DNA of 63,936 bases, counting the filler, from Reticulomyxa filosa (taxonomy: Eukaryota > Protista > Foraminifera), in NCBI GenBank assembly GCA_000512085.1. It is 20 parts of 20 records of this genome, joined end to end, with 100 filler letters (N's around TTAATTAATTAA, not from the genome) between each part and the next. Parts side by side here need not be neighbours in the genome. Positions count along the whole stretch, not along the records: positions 36,708 to 39,052 come from ASPP01022061.1; positions 39,153 to 42,103 come from ASPP01018858.1; positions 42,204 to 44,659 come from ASPP01029065.1; positions 44,760 to 46,486 come from ASPP01010681.1; positions 46,587 to 50,112 come from ASPP01007956.1; positions 50,213 to 59,271 come from ASPP01018454.1; 14 more parts are not named here. One strand, written 5' to 3'. Positions 37,866 through 50,460 of this stretch are shown piece by piece. Position 1 is the first letter of the stretch, and each line of letters starts with the position of its first letter. The notes beneath the pieces are model-generated. The model made no database searches. It worked only from the letters and a program-made list of their open reading frames with translations, and was not told where the DNA came from. Made by a program: the position numbers and the translations under genes.

Positions 37866-40800
37866 TTTACTTTTTTTAAATAATTTTGTAGTTCAAAAAA
37901 AATTTAAAAAGCTTCGTTCAATGTTTTTTAAAGAATTTAAAAGCATACGAATGAAAATTATTAAAATAAATTAAAAGAACAACAAGGTGCATTATCAAAA
38001 ACAACATTTCTCTTGAGTCAAGATATGAACAATTGTTAATTCAAAAAAATACAGTCAGATAAAGAGATTCTCCAATATCTCAGGAATAGTTCATCTGTAT
38101 GATTATTTTTTGTTTGAAACAAGCCAATTAAAGAAAAGGAACGAACCTCAAAATTTAAAAAAAATATTTTTGACAACATCTGCTATTTGATTTGATCAAT
38201 TTTCCTTTTTCTGTTTTTGAAGATAAGTATACAATCGAATGAGGGCCCGAATATTACACATTAAACTAGGACAATTTTGACAAGCTTTTTTATCTTTGAG
38301 ATGTTTTGTTTTCAATAAAATACTCAATGCTTTCACTAGATACACTGATTATGTGAATGGTATTGATAGTTTTACATTTAATGCAATTAATTCATTTACT
38401 CTGTGTGAGATGTTGAGAACAACAAATTAAATAATTTAAATTTCATCATTTAATGGATGTGAGATTAAAGCAAAAGTTTGTAAATAATATATTATTGATT
38501 ATTGATTTCTTAAATGTCCGAAAAAGATTTTTATTTAATCATTTTGAATGATTAAAATAAAATAATTAAAATATATTTGCATGTGTTAAATAAACAAGTT
38601 ATATTTTATATTAAATTTAACTCCAACATTTACATTTTTAATACTTATGATAAATGCCACTTTATTTTTCTTTTCATTTATCACTTTGAAGTGACAATGT
38701 TAGATTTTTTTTCCTAAAAAAAAACTCTACAAAAACATTTTTCAGAGTCGACAAGAGTTTTTTGTATGCTATTTAAATTCCTGCTTGCATGGATACCCCA
38801 ACATCGGCAAACAAAACCATTAGATTGGAGTAGAACGCTATTTTGCAATTTGTTGTGATAAGCCTTTCTAAATCTGAGTGCATTGTTACTTTTAATAAGA
38901 TTATTCTAAAGTAAATAATAAATTGTTTTAAAAACCAAGGAACGCTATTGTGTATTCTCTTCAAGGCCAATTGATCTTTTCTTTGATATAGTACAAAGTT
39001 TTTTTTTACAAAGAGCTGTGCCTAAGGAACAACAAAAAACTTTTTTTTTTTTNNNNNNNNNNNNNNNNNNNNNNNNNNNNNNNNNNNNNNNNNNNNTTAA
39101 TTAATTAANNNNNNNNNNNNNNNNNNNNNNNNNNNNNNNNNNNNNNNNNNNNTATAAGGTGGCATTTTAGGTGTCAACTTTCTTTTTTATCTTACTGTAT
39201 TTTTCTCTTTAAAGTGGACACAATCAAAAAACACACATCTTCTTGGTTTAAACATAATAAAACTAAATTTTATTTATCTTCTTCTAACCACGTTTGTATT
39301 TTCCATTTTCAATTTATTTTGAATGCTTCTTGATTAATCTATCGATATTATCCAATGAAATAAGAAGTGCAAATTTGACATTAAGATATAATTCATCTTG
39401 GGAAATATTCAAAACGTAATTTTTAATTTCATTTCCATATAAGGATTCAATTATTTTTAAATGTTTTATGTTTTTCAATGATATCTAAGTGAATATGTTT
39501 AATAATACAGTAGGTTGCAAAGAAAATTGAACGCCTAAAACATATCTTATGATGATAATTGATTTTCTCAATGAAAAATCAACACTTAGACCTAATTTTT
39601 TTAAAAAATATTGATGGTACTGGATATACCATTTATTCTGGACCTGCTGATAAAACAATTCGACTATGCATGTATGATTATGATATTTCTTCTTGAATTA
39701 AAATATTGAAAACGATCTTTTGCAAACTTTTATGAAAAAATAAACAAGTTCATTGTAAGTAACTTTTATAATTGAATCAAATTTGTCATTTTTAATAACG
39801 ATGATGAATTATCGTGCAATGTAAAAATCTATCAACATAATTTTAATACGTTGCCTTTATTCGAAATGAATTTGTTTGCATGTTATTTCGAATGTCTTTT
39901 TTTATTCGTCCAATAACAATAAAATCAATTTTTAATCTAGTATTATTAGAAAATGACTATGTTTTAATGAATGTGCAAAGCAAATAGGCATTCACTTTAT
40001 GCTTATCATTTTCTTTAATGCATTAAATGACAAAATTAATTTTTTGTTTATTTTTTAGTAACACAAATCATAAAAAGTGAATAAACTGAAAGATGATGCA
40101 TGTTTACTTATATGTCTAGCACAACAATTACTGAAAATAAACTGAATTAGGAAAGTATTCATAATTATATCTCTTACTAGAGTATAATTACACGCATACA
40201 TTTTGAAGTGTCTTTAATTCTTGAAACATCTTCATCGTATCATTTTTAGAATATTTGATTTGAAACTTTGCTCATAAGGATAAACATTTCTTGTCTTTTT
40301 TATTACTTGATATTACTTATTACAAGTGAAATAGATAAATTAAACATTTGTCTTTAGCAATTTTATGGATTTATCATAACTATAATTTCAATAATTTTCA
40401 ATCGAAAAATCAACGTTAAAAAATGGTGTATTTGTCATCATTACTCACATTAATTTTTATACCAAAAATGAAAAATTGTTTGTATCAATGGAATGTTTAT
40501 TATAGTCTGTCACAGATAAACATTTTTTTTGTTAAAATAAAAAAAGAAATAGCTTATTAATTTTAACTGAAGAAAACTAACTTCTAGTTTTGACAGTTTG
40601 CACAAGATCATTTTTATTTTCTATTTTATCTTTGCAAATGTGGGAACTCAATTTGTCATCTCTTTCAAAACTTTGTTCAATATAAACAAGACAAATATTA
40701 TTTCAAAGAAATAATTTACATGTTCGAAATTTGAATCCTTTAATCACATGTGATGAATTAAATGTTCCTCTCAAGTGAACAAGAGAGGCCAATATCAAAA

Positions 40801-41135
40801 CAAAAGTATGCTTTCACATTTTTGCAACTTATTCATTTTTGTTTTTGTTTTCTCTATTGTCCAGTAAAAATAACACACATTGCAATTTCTTTTCTAAACA
40901 TACAGCTTTTTTATTTTTTTTTCTATCCATATCCAATAAAAAAAGTTAATTTATTGCCAAATTGCAAGCATTTCATAAAAGTATTGAAGAATAGGATACA
41001 TCAATTAAACCACTGGCTTTTTTTCAGCAAAAAATAAATCAAACAGCATCCTACATTTAGCAATAAATGAATTGGAAAATTTATTCACAAATAATAGTAA
41101 ATTCCAAATCAAAATTCATTCACTTATGCTCATTC

Positions 41136-41280
41136 TCAAATACGAATTGGACCTTCTCTTGAACCATAACATAAATAAATACCATAACCATCATTTAATT
41201 TTTGTTTCTTGTTTTTACTTTCGTTTTCAATGATACAAATGTAAGATTTATTATTCCTCCCTCTTTTTCTCATCCAATAA
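41136..41280 (-). pseudogene. Remnant of the WD40-family C-terminus
   Basis: YGIYLCYGSREGPIRI* matches the end of the 37.8-kb WD40 copy. Confidence 0.65.
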
Positions 41281-41529
41281 AAAAAAATTGCAAAACGGCA
41301 TGACAAAATTTTTTTGTTTTCGAATAAACGAGAGAATGATATGTCAACACTAAGATTTTTCTGCAGAAATGTCTTTGATTGTGGTTTTGTAATATGGTAG
41401 ACTTTTGAAACAAATCTTCTATGCATAACGATACTTTATCCTAATAAGAAACATAAAAAAATTTAGTTGTCCCAAAGCCTAAGCCATAAGCCCAATAGAT
41501 GATGATATTGTGAATTTTACAGTATTATT

Positions 41530-41825
41530 TTACAATAAAATTCCTCCAGCAATATGCACATACATACTCTCTTCACTCAATACTGCAACACAATTATACA
41601 ATGGACTGGGTAAAGTGTTTCCAAATGTTAGCCATTTATTTTCTCGAATTGAATACTTGTGCACTGACCTTGAAACAACGATCTCAAGAATATTACCATT
41701 CCATCCACCAAAGAACAAGATAATACCATTGATGCACACATGTGTATACGCATATAATGATGCAATATCATCACAAACAGGTAATTGATGAAATTGAAAG
41801 GTGTTATTATCTTCATCATATTCGC
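41530..41825 (-). pseudogene. Fragment of the lineage-specific kelch-like family
   Basis: YDEDNNTFQFHQLPVCDDIASL..IILFFGGWNG..SVHKYSIRENKWLTFGNTLPSPLYNCVAVL; no intact start or end. Confidence 0.8.
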
Positions 41826-41960
41826 GAAAAATCGTTTATTGCTTTATTCCTTATATCAAGCACGTAGTTAACAGGACAAATTTCCCCCTCCCAAAAATTG
41901 AATTTTCTATTCTAAAAAGTTCTCCAAGAAAACAATTAAAAGATCCATCATCATATAAGA

Positions 41961-42103
41961 ATGACTTCATTTAAAGCGCATGTTAATGTTGGAGAAAAAA
42001 TGTATAAAATAATGTTGTCAACATTGACGATGAAGCACTTGAAGCAACGAGTGATTGATGTCACTCAGCCAAAAACGGTGGATGAAGTATTGCTAACAAT
42101 CAT
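41961..42103 (+). CDS. N-terminal fragment of an uncharacterised protein, truncated by the contig end
   Basis: MTSFKAHVNVGEKMYKIMLSTLTMKHLKQRVI is open to the contig end. Confidence 0.45.
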
Positions 42104-42502
42104 NNNNNNNNNNNNNNNNNNNNNNNNNNNNNNNNNNNNNNNNNNNNTTAATTAATTAANNNNNNNNNNNNNNNNNNNNNNNNNNNNNNNNNNNNNNNNN
42201 NNNAAACATACAGGAAAAATATACCCGAAAAAACGCGGAATTATTCATGTTATAAATATCGAAAGGCAAAAACACGAACCTATTGCAAAAAGACAAAAGG
42301 TATTTACTTGTTGCTCATTCATCAGTTACTTGATGAATTTGCACAAATTGAATTTCAAATTATGATACTTCAAATTTGTACTATTTTGTCTCTTTTTTTT
42401 TTCCTAAGAAAAATATGATGAAATGGCAAAATGAAAAATACTCAAAAATACAAGCAGAAAGCCACATACAGTGCAATCAAAAGCACTAATTTATATTCCC
42501 TT

Positions 42503-42760
42503 TCAAAAAACAAACAATCTAACAACAATCACCAAATACATCCAATCCATGTTACTAACATCCCAAATAGTCTTTGCATTTTCGGGACCGTTGTAGTCAC
42601 GGTATTGTCCATACAAAATATAGCTTATTGCTTTGACGTAGGCTTTTCCGCCAGTGAAAGGTATAGCTATCGCTGCAATAATCCAAATACCATAGAAATC
42701 CAGACGAATCGAAGCAGTGAACATATTGGCTAAAGCAAGAGCAATAAAAGAAAAGCGTGT
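42503..42760 (-). pseudogene. Fragment of an unidentified membrane protein
   Basis: Hydrophobic ORF ASIRLDFYGIWIIAAIAIPFTGG..WMYLVIVVRLFVF flanked by stops. Confidence 0.3.
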
Positions 42761-43122
42761 TATGTTGAAAGGTCGATATGTTGATAAGTTCTTATAAAAC
42801 TATTTTCAAATCATTGTTTTTTCACAGTAACATTTGTTGATAATACTTGAGCAAGTCAATATGAAACAAATGTAGATCTTTAGGACTTGATATTATTATT
42901 ACTCTTTAAATTTTTTGTTTTAACTTTGATCTGTTTTGAAAATAAACAAAGAAATAAAGAAAGAAATAAAAAAAAGAATAGTTTGATAGTGTTATTAGCT
43001 TAAAATGAAGCTACAACATCTAAAGTTTGAGTACTATAACAACATTTTAAGTAAAATAATGAAATTTACATATTGCCGAAAAGCGACAACCTTTTCTTTT
43101 TTTTTCTAAAAAATGTAAAAAA

Positions 43123-43182
43123 ACATTAATTTTTAAGAGTAGACTTAGAATTTCATTAAAGTCTACCCTTAAAAATTAATGT
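43123..43182. repeat. 60-bp near-perfect hairpin (24-bp arms, 12-nt loop)
   Basis: ACATTAATTTTTAAGAGTAGACTT-agaatttcatta-AAGTCTACCCTTAAAAATTAATGT; one mismatch. Confidence 0.9.
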
Positions 43183-44874
43183 GTGAAGATTTGAGTTAAA
43201 AAGGAAAAAAATATATTTATAGACATCAGCAGATGGATATTATTACTTATGTCATTAACAGGTTTGCAAATCTATTGAACTTTGTTGACACTTTTTATAA
43301 ACTTTTTTTGGCATAATGACTCGTTAACAGAACTTCGGGCTGGCAATTTTGTCTAGTTTCTTTCTGCAAAAAAAAAAACTCATGGACTTGAACATTAATT
43401 GATGATGTATTCTAAGAGATCTTCCAAAAATGATTTATATGTTACAATTCAAGATCTATCTTACAATCTACGCATGCTTTACCATGTTCAAAGAGTATAA
43501 AAAAAATCACAACAAAACGTCCGCACTTTTGCACCACTTCAATTTTTAACGAGCGCACAGTATTGATATGTTACATATTGTGTTTGGGCTTTTGTGCACT
43601 GTTGACTTGGAACGTGGTATTAATACTTCTGTGTCCGGAAAGCAAAACTCACAGGGGTTAGCACAGAATATAGCTCAATGCAATAATCGTCAACGATGAT
43701 AACGATATGCATATGTAATTGAATAAAAAGAAAAGATAGAGGAAACAGGACTGCATTAGAAAAGATAAGGAGTGAAAGGAGCAAAAGAAGGAAAGAAGCA
43801 GAAATAACGATATTAAAACGTAACAACAAAATAAAATACATTCTTATGTGGATGCAATCTACTTTTGCTATTCTTTTTGTTTCACTTTCTATCTTCCTTC
43901 TTTTGTTTTTCAAAAGGGGAAAAAAAGAATTTTCTTTAAGTGTACTTTATGCATGCTAGAAAAAGTCTTTGTCCTGCCACGCAAAAATAGAATACTGGAG
44001 AAAATAGCACATTTGCATACTTACATATATATATGTATATGCTTTTTTTTTTAATTTGTCTAAATCTTGTCTTCATTTAAAAAAAAAATACATAATTTCA
44101 ATTCGAACATAGCTGTTCCTGGACAAACATCTAACTGACTTCCAGTCCAAGCCAAATGAATTGTGGTAATGTGATGACATCAAAACTCTTCAAATGTACG
44201 TTACAAATTAATATACTTTTTTTAAAAAAAAAGAAATTGCTTGTTTTGCAACAAACGATACAAATGACAAATACCATATCATGCTGCTAAGTTCCTATGA
44301 ACCCAAGCGCTTTGAATTGACATTTGGCTTTTGTCTTCAGAAACTACAAAAACGGTAAGTATATCACTATTTATCTTCTTTTAACATAATTTTGAAAAAT
44401 GCAATATGTTGCGATAATGATATTGTGCTGCATGCTTTATATTCAGAGTACATAATACGTCAATATTTTCAAGAGATAGAAATTGTGTACTCGGCCACTT
44501 TGGCTAATGTGTTGTCCATTGGAATAAATATCCCGTTCAACTAAGTACCGATTGTGGGATATGTCGTTGAGCTTTGGGCATATGAAATCGTGTGGTCTCT
44601 CCGAAAGCGACGTGTCCGTCATCGCCGTGTTTGATGATATTTTTATGGTGTTATTACTTNNNNNNNNNNNNNNNNNNNNNNNNNNNNNNNNNNNNNNNNN
44701 NNNTTAATTAATTAANNNNNNNNNNNNNNNNNNNNNNNNNNNNNNNNNNNNNNNNNNNNTTTTTGTTTTGTTTTCTTTTTTTTTTTTTTTTTTTTTTTTT
44801 TTTGAGAATAAATGGGGGTGCATGTTCTTTTTTTTTTTAATAAAAAAAAAAAATAATTTTTTTTTTTTTGTACT

Positions 44875-45547
44875 TGCTGCTATATACAATTAGACGGGTT
44901 AACGCATTTGAAAACAAAAAAATCAATGCAATGTCCAAGATGACGATATCACATACAAAAATAGTTATAAAAGCAACTGGGTTGATGCCAATGTCCGAAA
45001 GAAAGATCTCCGATATCACACACGAAGAACCTAAAAACGATTGAACGATTGCGGCTACGTGCAACAGCCAATACACTCTTTCTTGATATTGAAATGTACT
45101 GTGCAAAAGCACTGATTTCAGACGCTGTATTATTACATAATAAAAAAATAGCCGTGCCACCAACCACAGACTATCGTGAAGAAATTGAATCAGTATTGGT
45201 TTGTTGTCGCCTCCTTGTGTGTATAATATATTCAACAACGTCTGCGTTAGACACGCCAAATTACTTGTCACAAAAAATATCAGTATGTTTTTGCTTTGCG
45301 CTTTTCCATGGTTTGTTCTTCTCCTTTCCATTTCTTCTTCGTCCTTTTTTGCGTTCAAAAATACTCGATCAATGTAAAACCACGTCGGAAACTGCACCAA
45401 CAGCGCACAAACGACTGACAGCATCGTGTCTACTTTGACTACAAAATCTGTATGGTCTGTCGAGGTGGATGCCATTGTTGTGGCAATCACATCTGAAGCA
45501 TTGAACGCATTTAAAACATAATAAAAATCCATTTGTAATATTTTCAT
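44875..45547 (-). CDS. GPCR-like multi-pass membrane protein (about 5 TM visible, 3' end truncated)
   Basis: Extracellular N-terminus with an N-glycosylation site (NAS), then TM segments with ..IIQRLKSVL.. after TM3 and DIALIFLFSNAL in TM5. Confidence 0.6.
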
Positions 45548-46586
45548 TGCATTTTTTCCCCCATCATCGACAATTTTTTAGGTAAAAAACCTAAGGAAGC
45601 CTTTGCCTCTCTTTTTTTCCTTTGCCCAACTATCCTAAAAAACTTGAAAGTCATTATTTTTTGATAATCGACAAAAAATTGCAAGAAATTTTTCCTTTAT
45701 GGCAATCTCTGCAAATAAAATTTAAAGAAAATAAGCCAATGATATGAATAATGTCAATATTTTCAAGAATATCTAACTTTTGGACCATTTGATTTTCGTC
45801 CGAAATGGACTGCTAGACAACAAAAAAGGACCGTCTTGACAGTGTTGTTCATTCTACCAATTTTTGGTCAACGGCGATTGATCATTACTTAGATTTTAAC
45901 GAAGAAAAAAAATGAATTTACGGTTGACGTTAAGATCAGAATTGAGGAACTTGATCAGTAAATCCTCAGCAGATCAGTTGTTCACAGCTTTGCACAGCCG
46001 CAGCTCTCCAATTCGGGATCACTTTATACAATTTATGGCGATTGCGTTTGCAGATTGGATTTCCACAGAAAACAACATTGATGATCAGAGCATAAGAAAA
46101 CAATGGAGCCATGCACTGACAATGCCTCCTCAGATCAATCCATTTTCTACCAATGGTTATGAATCATAATTGTATTTTCCAAAAAAAAAATAAAGTTTTT
46201 TTTTATTCACTGACACTTCCCTAGACTCTGGAACAACGCGCTCCTAAAACTTTTTCGGCACGTACACTGCAAGGAGTCATAAACCCACCATTCTTTTGTC
46301 CTCCTATTTTTCGTTGGCCTTCCCCAAAATGTACAAAAAATGAAATCACAAAAAAAAAAAAAAAAAAGTGGATACGTATACCCAAAAAATTATACACTGA
46401 AACAGAAATGGAAAAATCATTGAACGTGAGTTTGTCAAGTGACAAGAGTAAAAAAGCATGTTCGGGGAAAGAGAAAAATGGAAGTCNNNNNNNNNNNNNN
46501 NNNNNNNNNNNNNNNNNNNNNNNNNNNNNNTTAATTAATTAANNNNNNNNNNNNNNNNNNNNNNNNNNNNNNNNNNNNNNNNNNNN

Positions 46587-46975
46587 TTGTTATTGTTATT
46601 GTTATTGTTCGATGAAAAGTTTGAATGCGGCGAAGACAGACTGTTTGGGTCTGAAACTTCCGTAAAGTTATTTTCCATTGATCCTCCTGCTGAGGTGGTG
46701 TTTGCGAATCGATTCGAAACATTGTTGGACATATTGCTGGTGTTACCTGCACTGACTGTTTTTTGCTTGGTAGGTCGTATACGGTTTTGCGCTACTGCAA
46801 TTGGCTGGGTTTCACGAATGCGAGGATAACTCGGTCGTCCGGTGTTTTGCTCTTGATATGTAGTGCTTGTCTCGTATGTGTTGTTTGGGTTTTGGTCATG
46901 CAGGGAAGGGTCGTAGTAATTATCGCCAAAATCCGAATTGTAGAAACCATCTGCTGCAAAATCATTTTCATTCAT
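46587..46975 (-). CDS. N-terminal fragment of an unknown low-complexity protein
   Basis: ATG-initiated ORF MNENDFAADGFYNSDF... open to the contig end. Confidence 0.55.
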
Positions 46976-47443
46976 TTCTTGTTTATCTATTTAATTTTGC
47001 GACCGTATGTCCTAAAAATAAAAATTCTTTTCTCGGCTGCTCCCTTGCTAAAAAAAGAGCGTTTTTGCTTATAATCGTTTAATTTGTGATTACCAAATAT
47101 CTCATGTGGGAGATACACCTAAAATTACATTGCCATGAAAAGTATACTACGGGAACTGAACATATCTTTTTTCACTCAATATAGAGGGCCAACTTATGAA
47201 AAAGATCTCAAACTTTTGATTATAATAAAATACGAGTCACTGATGTAACGATGGAGGATTCAAATTGTAAAAATTGTATTTTTATATTTAGGTTCGACTC
47301 TTTTTCAAAGTTTTTCAATACTTTTGATGTTACTTTGCTTCTCCCTCAAAATTTGAATATTATAATTTTATTTTTCTCTGTGACCAAAGCAAATCAACAA
47401 TGAAAAAAGAGAAAAGAGTGATTTTCTCCCACTGCAGCCAAAA

Positions 47444-50112
47444 TCATGGCATCTTGTAATCATCTTGTCCCAAAAATTCATCGTCAATTCGCCAGGAGCG
47501 AGCAAGTTCAATCTCCTTTGGATCACCTGGATTTATGAATGGTTTCATTACTTCTTCCAGCATAATTTGCCCACACAACGGACATTCTTTAGAAGCAATT
47601 TCCAATAATTCATTAAAGTTCATTTTAGACTCGTTCTTTTCATTTCACAAAGGCCCCCACTCTTTCTTTAAAAATGGAGTGTATCAATAACAACAACAAC
47701 AACAACAACAAAGAACTAACTATGTTATAGTGTGAAACAGTCTTTTGCATTGCAGCGTCCAATCGAAACACGTGTTGACAAGGAAACAAGAGGAACTGCG
47801 TTCCTAAAACGGGTTGCTGAGATAAGTTGCATTTTTTATTGCTAACAACCACCATCGATCTCTGTTTCAACAGATCAGTGTCTTTTCGAATCTCTTCTGC
47901 AGTGTTTGTGAACGTTTTCATGTGTTCTTGCAATTTCTTGATATTATTGCTATATTTCTCCAAGCTTGACTTGATGCCGGGTTTGAACGGCCCAATGTTG
48001 GTGAAATCGCTCAAATGTGGTAGAATATCTTCGATGCTCAAACAATTGCTGTCCTTAATGATATTCAAAGCTCGCTCCATATCGTCGTGAGAATCTTTCA
48101 CAACATACCGAGCGACGAGGAGCCATAGTCTTTTGTTCTCTTCATTTGCCATGGGCTCTTTCAGTTTATGGCTGCGGACCACCGATTTTGCCAATTCAAA
48201 TGAATTGTCGGGGACATCTAATGCAAAAGTGACCGCTTCCTCATACAAGCCCATTTTTTCGTACAATTTCACACAACTCTTGGTACGATTTTCTTGATGA
48301 CACAAGCGCAAGGCATATTTCGTGTCATAGTGTGGGTCTTCTGCTTTTTTTTTTTTTTTTTTGTTTATTGATTTGAGTCAAAGTTTGATAAAAACATTGA
48401 AAGATTGCATTATGTTTTTGAAAAAGTACTGTCAATTTAATTACTTCATAGTACCTTGTGTTTCAATAAAGCGCAATAAAGGCTGTTCGTCTTCTTGTTT
48501 ACAATACAAAGTGATCAGATAATTGTGAATGGATGAGTCTTTGGATTGCGGGGAATTGGATTTGACCACGGATTCCAAATATCGAATTGCTTGGCGCGTG
48601 TGTTCTTGCGACAACGTAGCAGGAACACGAATAAGTCCGCCATCTCGATTGGATGACGTGTCACTCAAATCCAAAGATATGCGATTGTCAGCGACGACGC
48701 TGTCACTGTTTCGTTTTTTGTCCGATTTTTGCGACTGTTTTAAGCCGGCAACGGTCTTTTCATCGAAATCAAAGTCCATGCCTTTGTTTCCGTCCCCATG
48801 AAGTGGACGCATGACATTGTGTTGTCGATACGAGTGTTGCAATAGCTCTTCATTCACATCCAAGCTCGACGAATTTTGCAAGGAGCGATGAAACTCTTCG
48901 TCCGATTCAAAGCGCATTAGCGCAGGAATTAATTTTCTCGGATCCAGCATATTGATTTTAATGATCATATCGATCGTCTCTTTTGGATAAGCGTGCATTA
49001 AAACAGGCGCAAAGTCATAATACAAACTTTCATGTTGCGATGGATCACTTAGCTTGCTCAATTGTTCAATTGCCTCTTTCATTTCTCCATTGCCAATGTA
49101 ATGTCGGATGACCCATGTCCATTCATTTTGTATTTCCGCAAATGTGATCAATTGTTGAGTGCGTCCATGGCTTGCGATTAAATCAAAGATTACCTCTTTG
49201 CATTGTTCCAATGTCTTCTTTTCTTGTTTCAAAAACTTTTCAAAGGCGTCAGTTGCCAACGTCTTTTCCGATTTTATCCCACTTACATTGCCAGATGTAT
49301 TTGCCCCTTTCGCATTGCCAGATGCATTTGCCCCTTTCGCATTGCCAGACGCATTTGCTCCTTTCGCATTGTCAGCCGGGTTAACTACTTCGTGTTGTCG
49401 TTCCAATTCCATTTCCTCCAAATTGTTGATTTTGGCCAAGTGCATCTCCACGAGCCACGTTGCCAATATTGTGCATTGTGTTTTGTCTTCCGATCTCGTC
49501 CGTGATAAAGTTTCTCCTAAAAATACCTATTTTTTTTATTTTTTTTTGGATCAACAAAGTAACATGTTACAAATTGAATAGTGGTATAAGTTGAAAAAAT
49601 AATATTAATAATAATGAATAATGATAATAATAAATGTAATAATAAATAATAATAATAATAAAACACAACAACAATAAAAAATAAAAGTAACCATAAGAGC
49701 ATCTGTTTCATTCACAGAAATAAATTTCAAAGCGATTTCTTCGAAAGAAACATCCAATTTGTCCCTTGGCTTATGCAGCAATCCGGGTCCAGCAGGCTCG
49801 TCTGTTTTGCTCTCTGCTTTTGTACTTTCGTGGGCCGGCTTTTTGGACTGAACGTTGCTCAAGTACGACAAATGGGCATATTTTCTGGCCGCTTCGTTGT
49901 AATTGGTAAGGGTGAAATAATGATCCGCCTCGGCTCTCAGCACCTTTTGCTTTTGAAAGTTGTTTCGACAGTATTTGCTGGCTTTATCGAATTCCTTTTG
50001 ATCCAAAAACAGTTTCCACACGTCCCTTGTTTCATTTTCTGCCTTGATTTGATACAATTGGTGTTCACAAGCAACAAACACCAATTCGGAAGACATTACT
50101 CCCACATCTACC
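47444..50112 (-). CDS. VPS18: HOPS/CORVET subunit Vps18/Pep3, 3' part (4 exons)
   Basis: ENETRDVWKLFL, SFEEIALKF, LATWLVEMHL, IHNYLITLY, YDTKYALRLC, LSIEDILP..DF, FPCQHVF, ECPLCG. Confidence 0.95.
49287..49372 (-). repeat. 27-nt coding tandem repeat x3 (NAKGANASG) inside VPS18
   Basis: CATTGCCAGA(T/C)G(C/T)ATTTGC(C/T)CCTTTCG repeated three times on the + strand. Confidence 0.9.
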
Positions 50113-50460
50113 NNNNNNNNNNNNNNNNNNNNNNNNNNNNNNNNNNNNNNNNNNNNTTAATTAATTAANNNNNNNNNNNNNNNNNNNNNNNNNNNNNNNN
50201 NNNNNNNNNNNNTATGTATGTATACATTAAAGGCATACATACATTTTTTTTAACTTCCTTTCTCATCAAAAAAAAAAAATCCTTGGGGGGGGGGGGGGAG
50301 TGTTATAAATCAAACAGTGAAAGTTGCAGATAAAACTCAATTTTTTTCACAAGAAATGCAAAGATCAGTTTAGTATAAAAAAGGGACAAAAAATAATTTA
50401 GTTTTGACACACAAAGTATTGAAAAACAAAACAAAACAAAAGAGAGCAGGCACAGCCACG

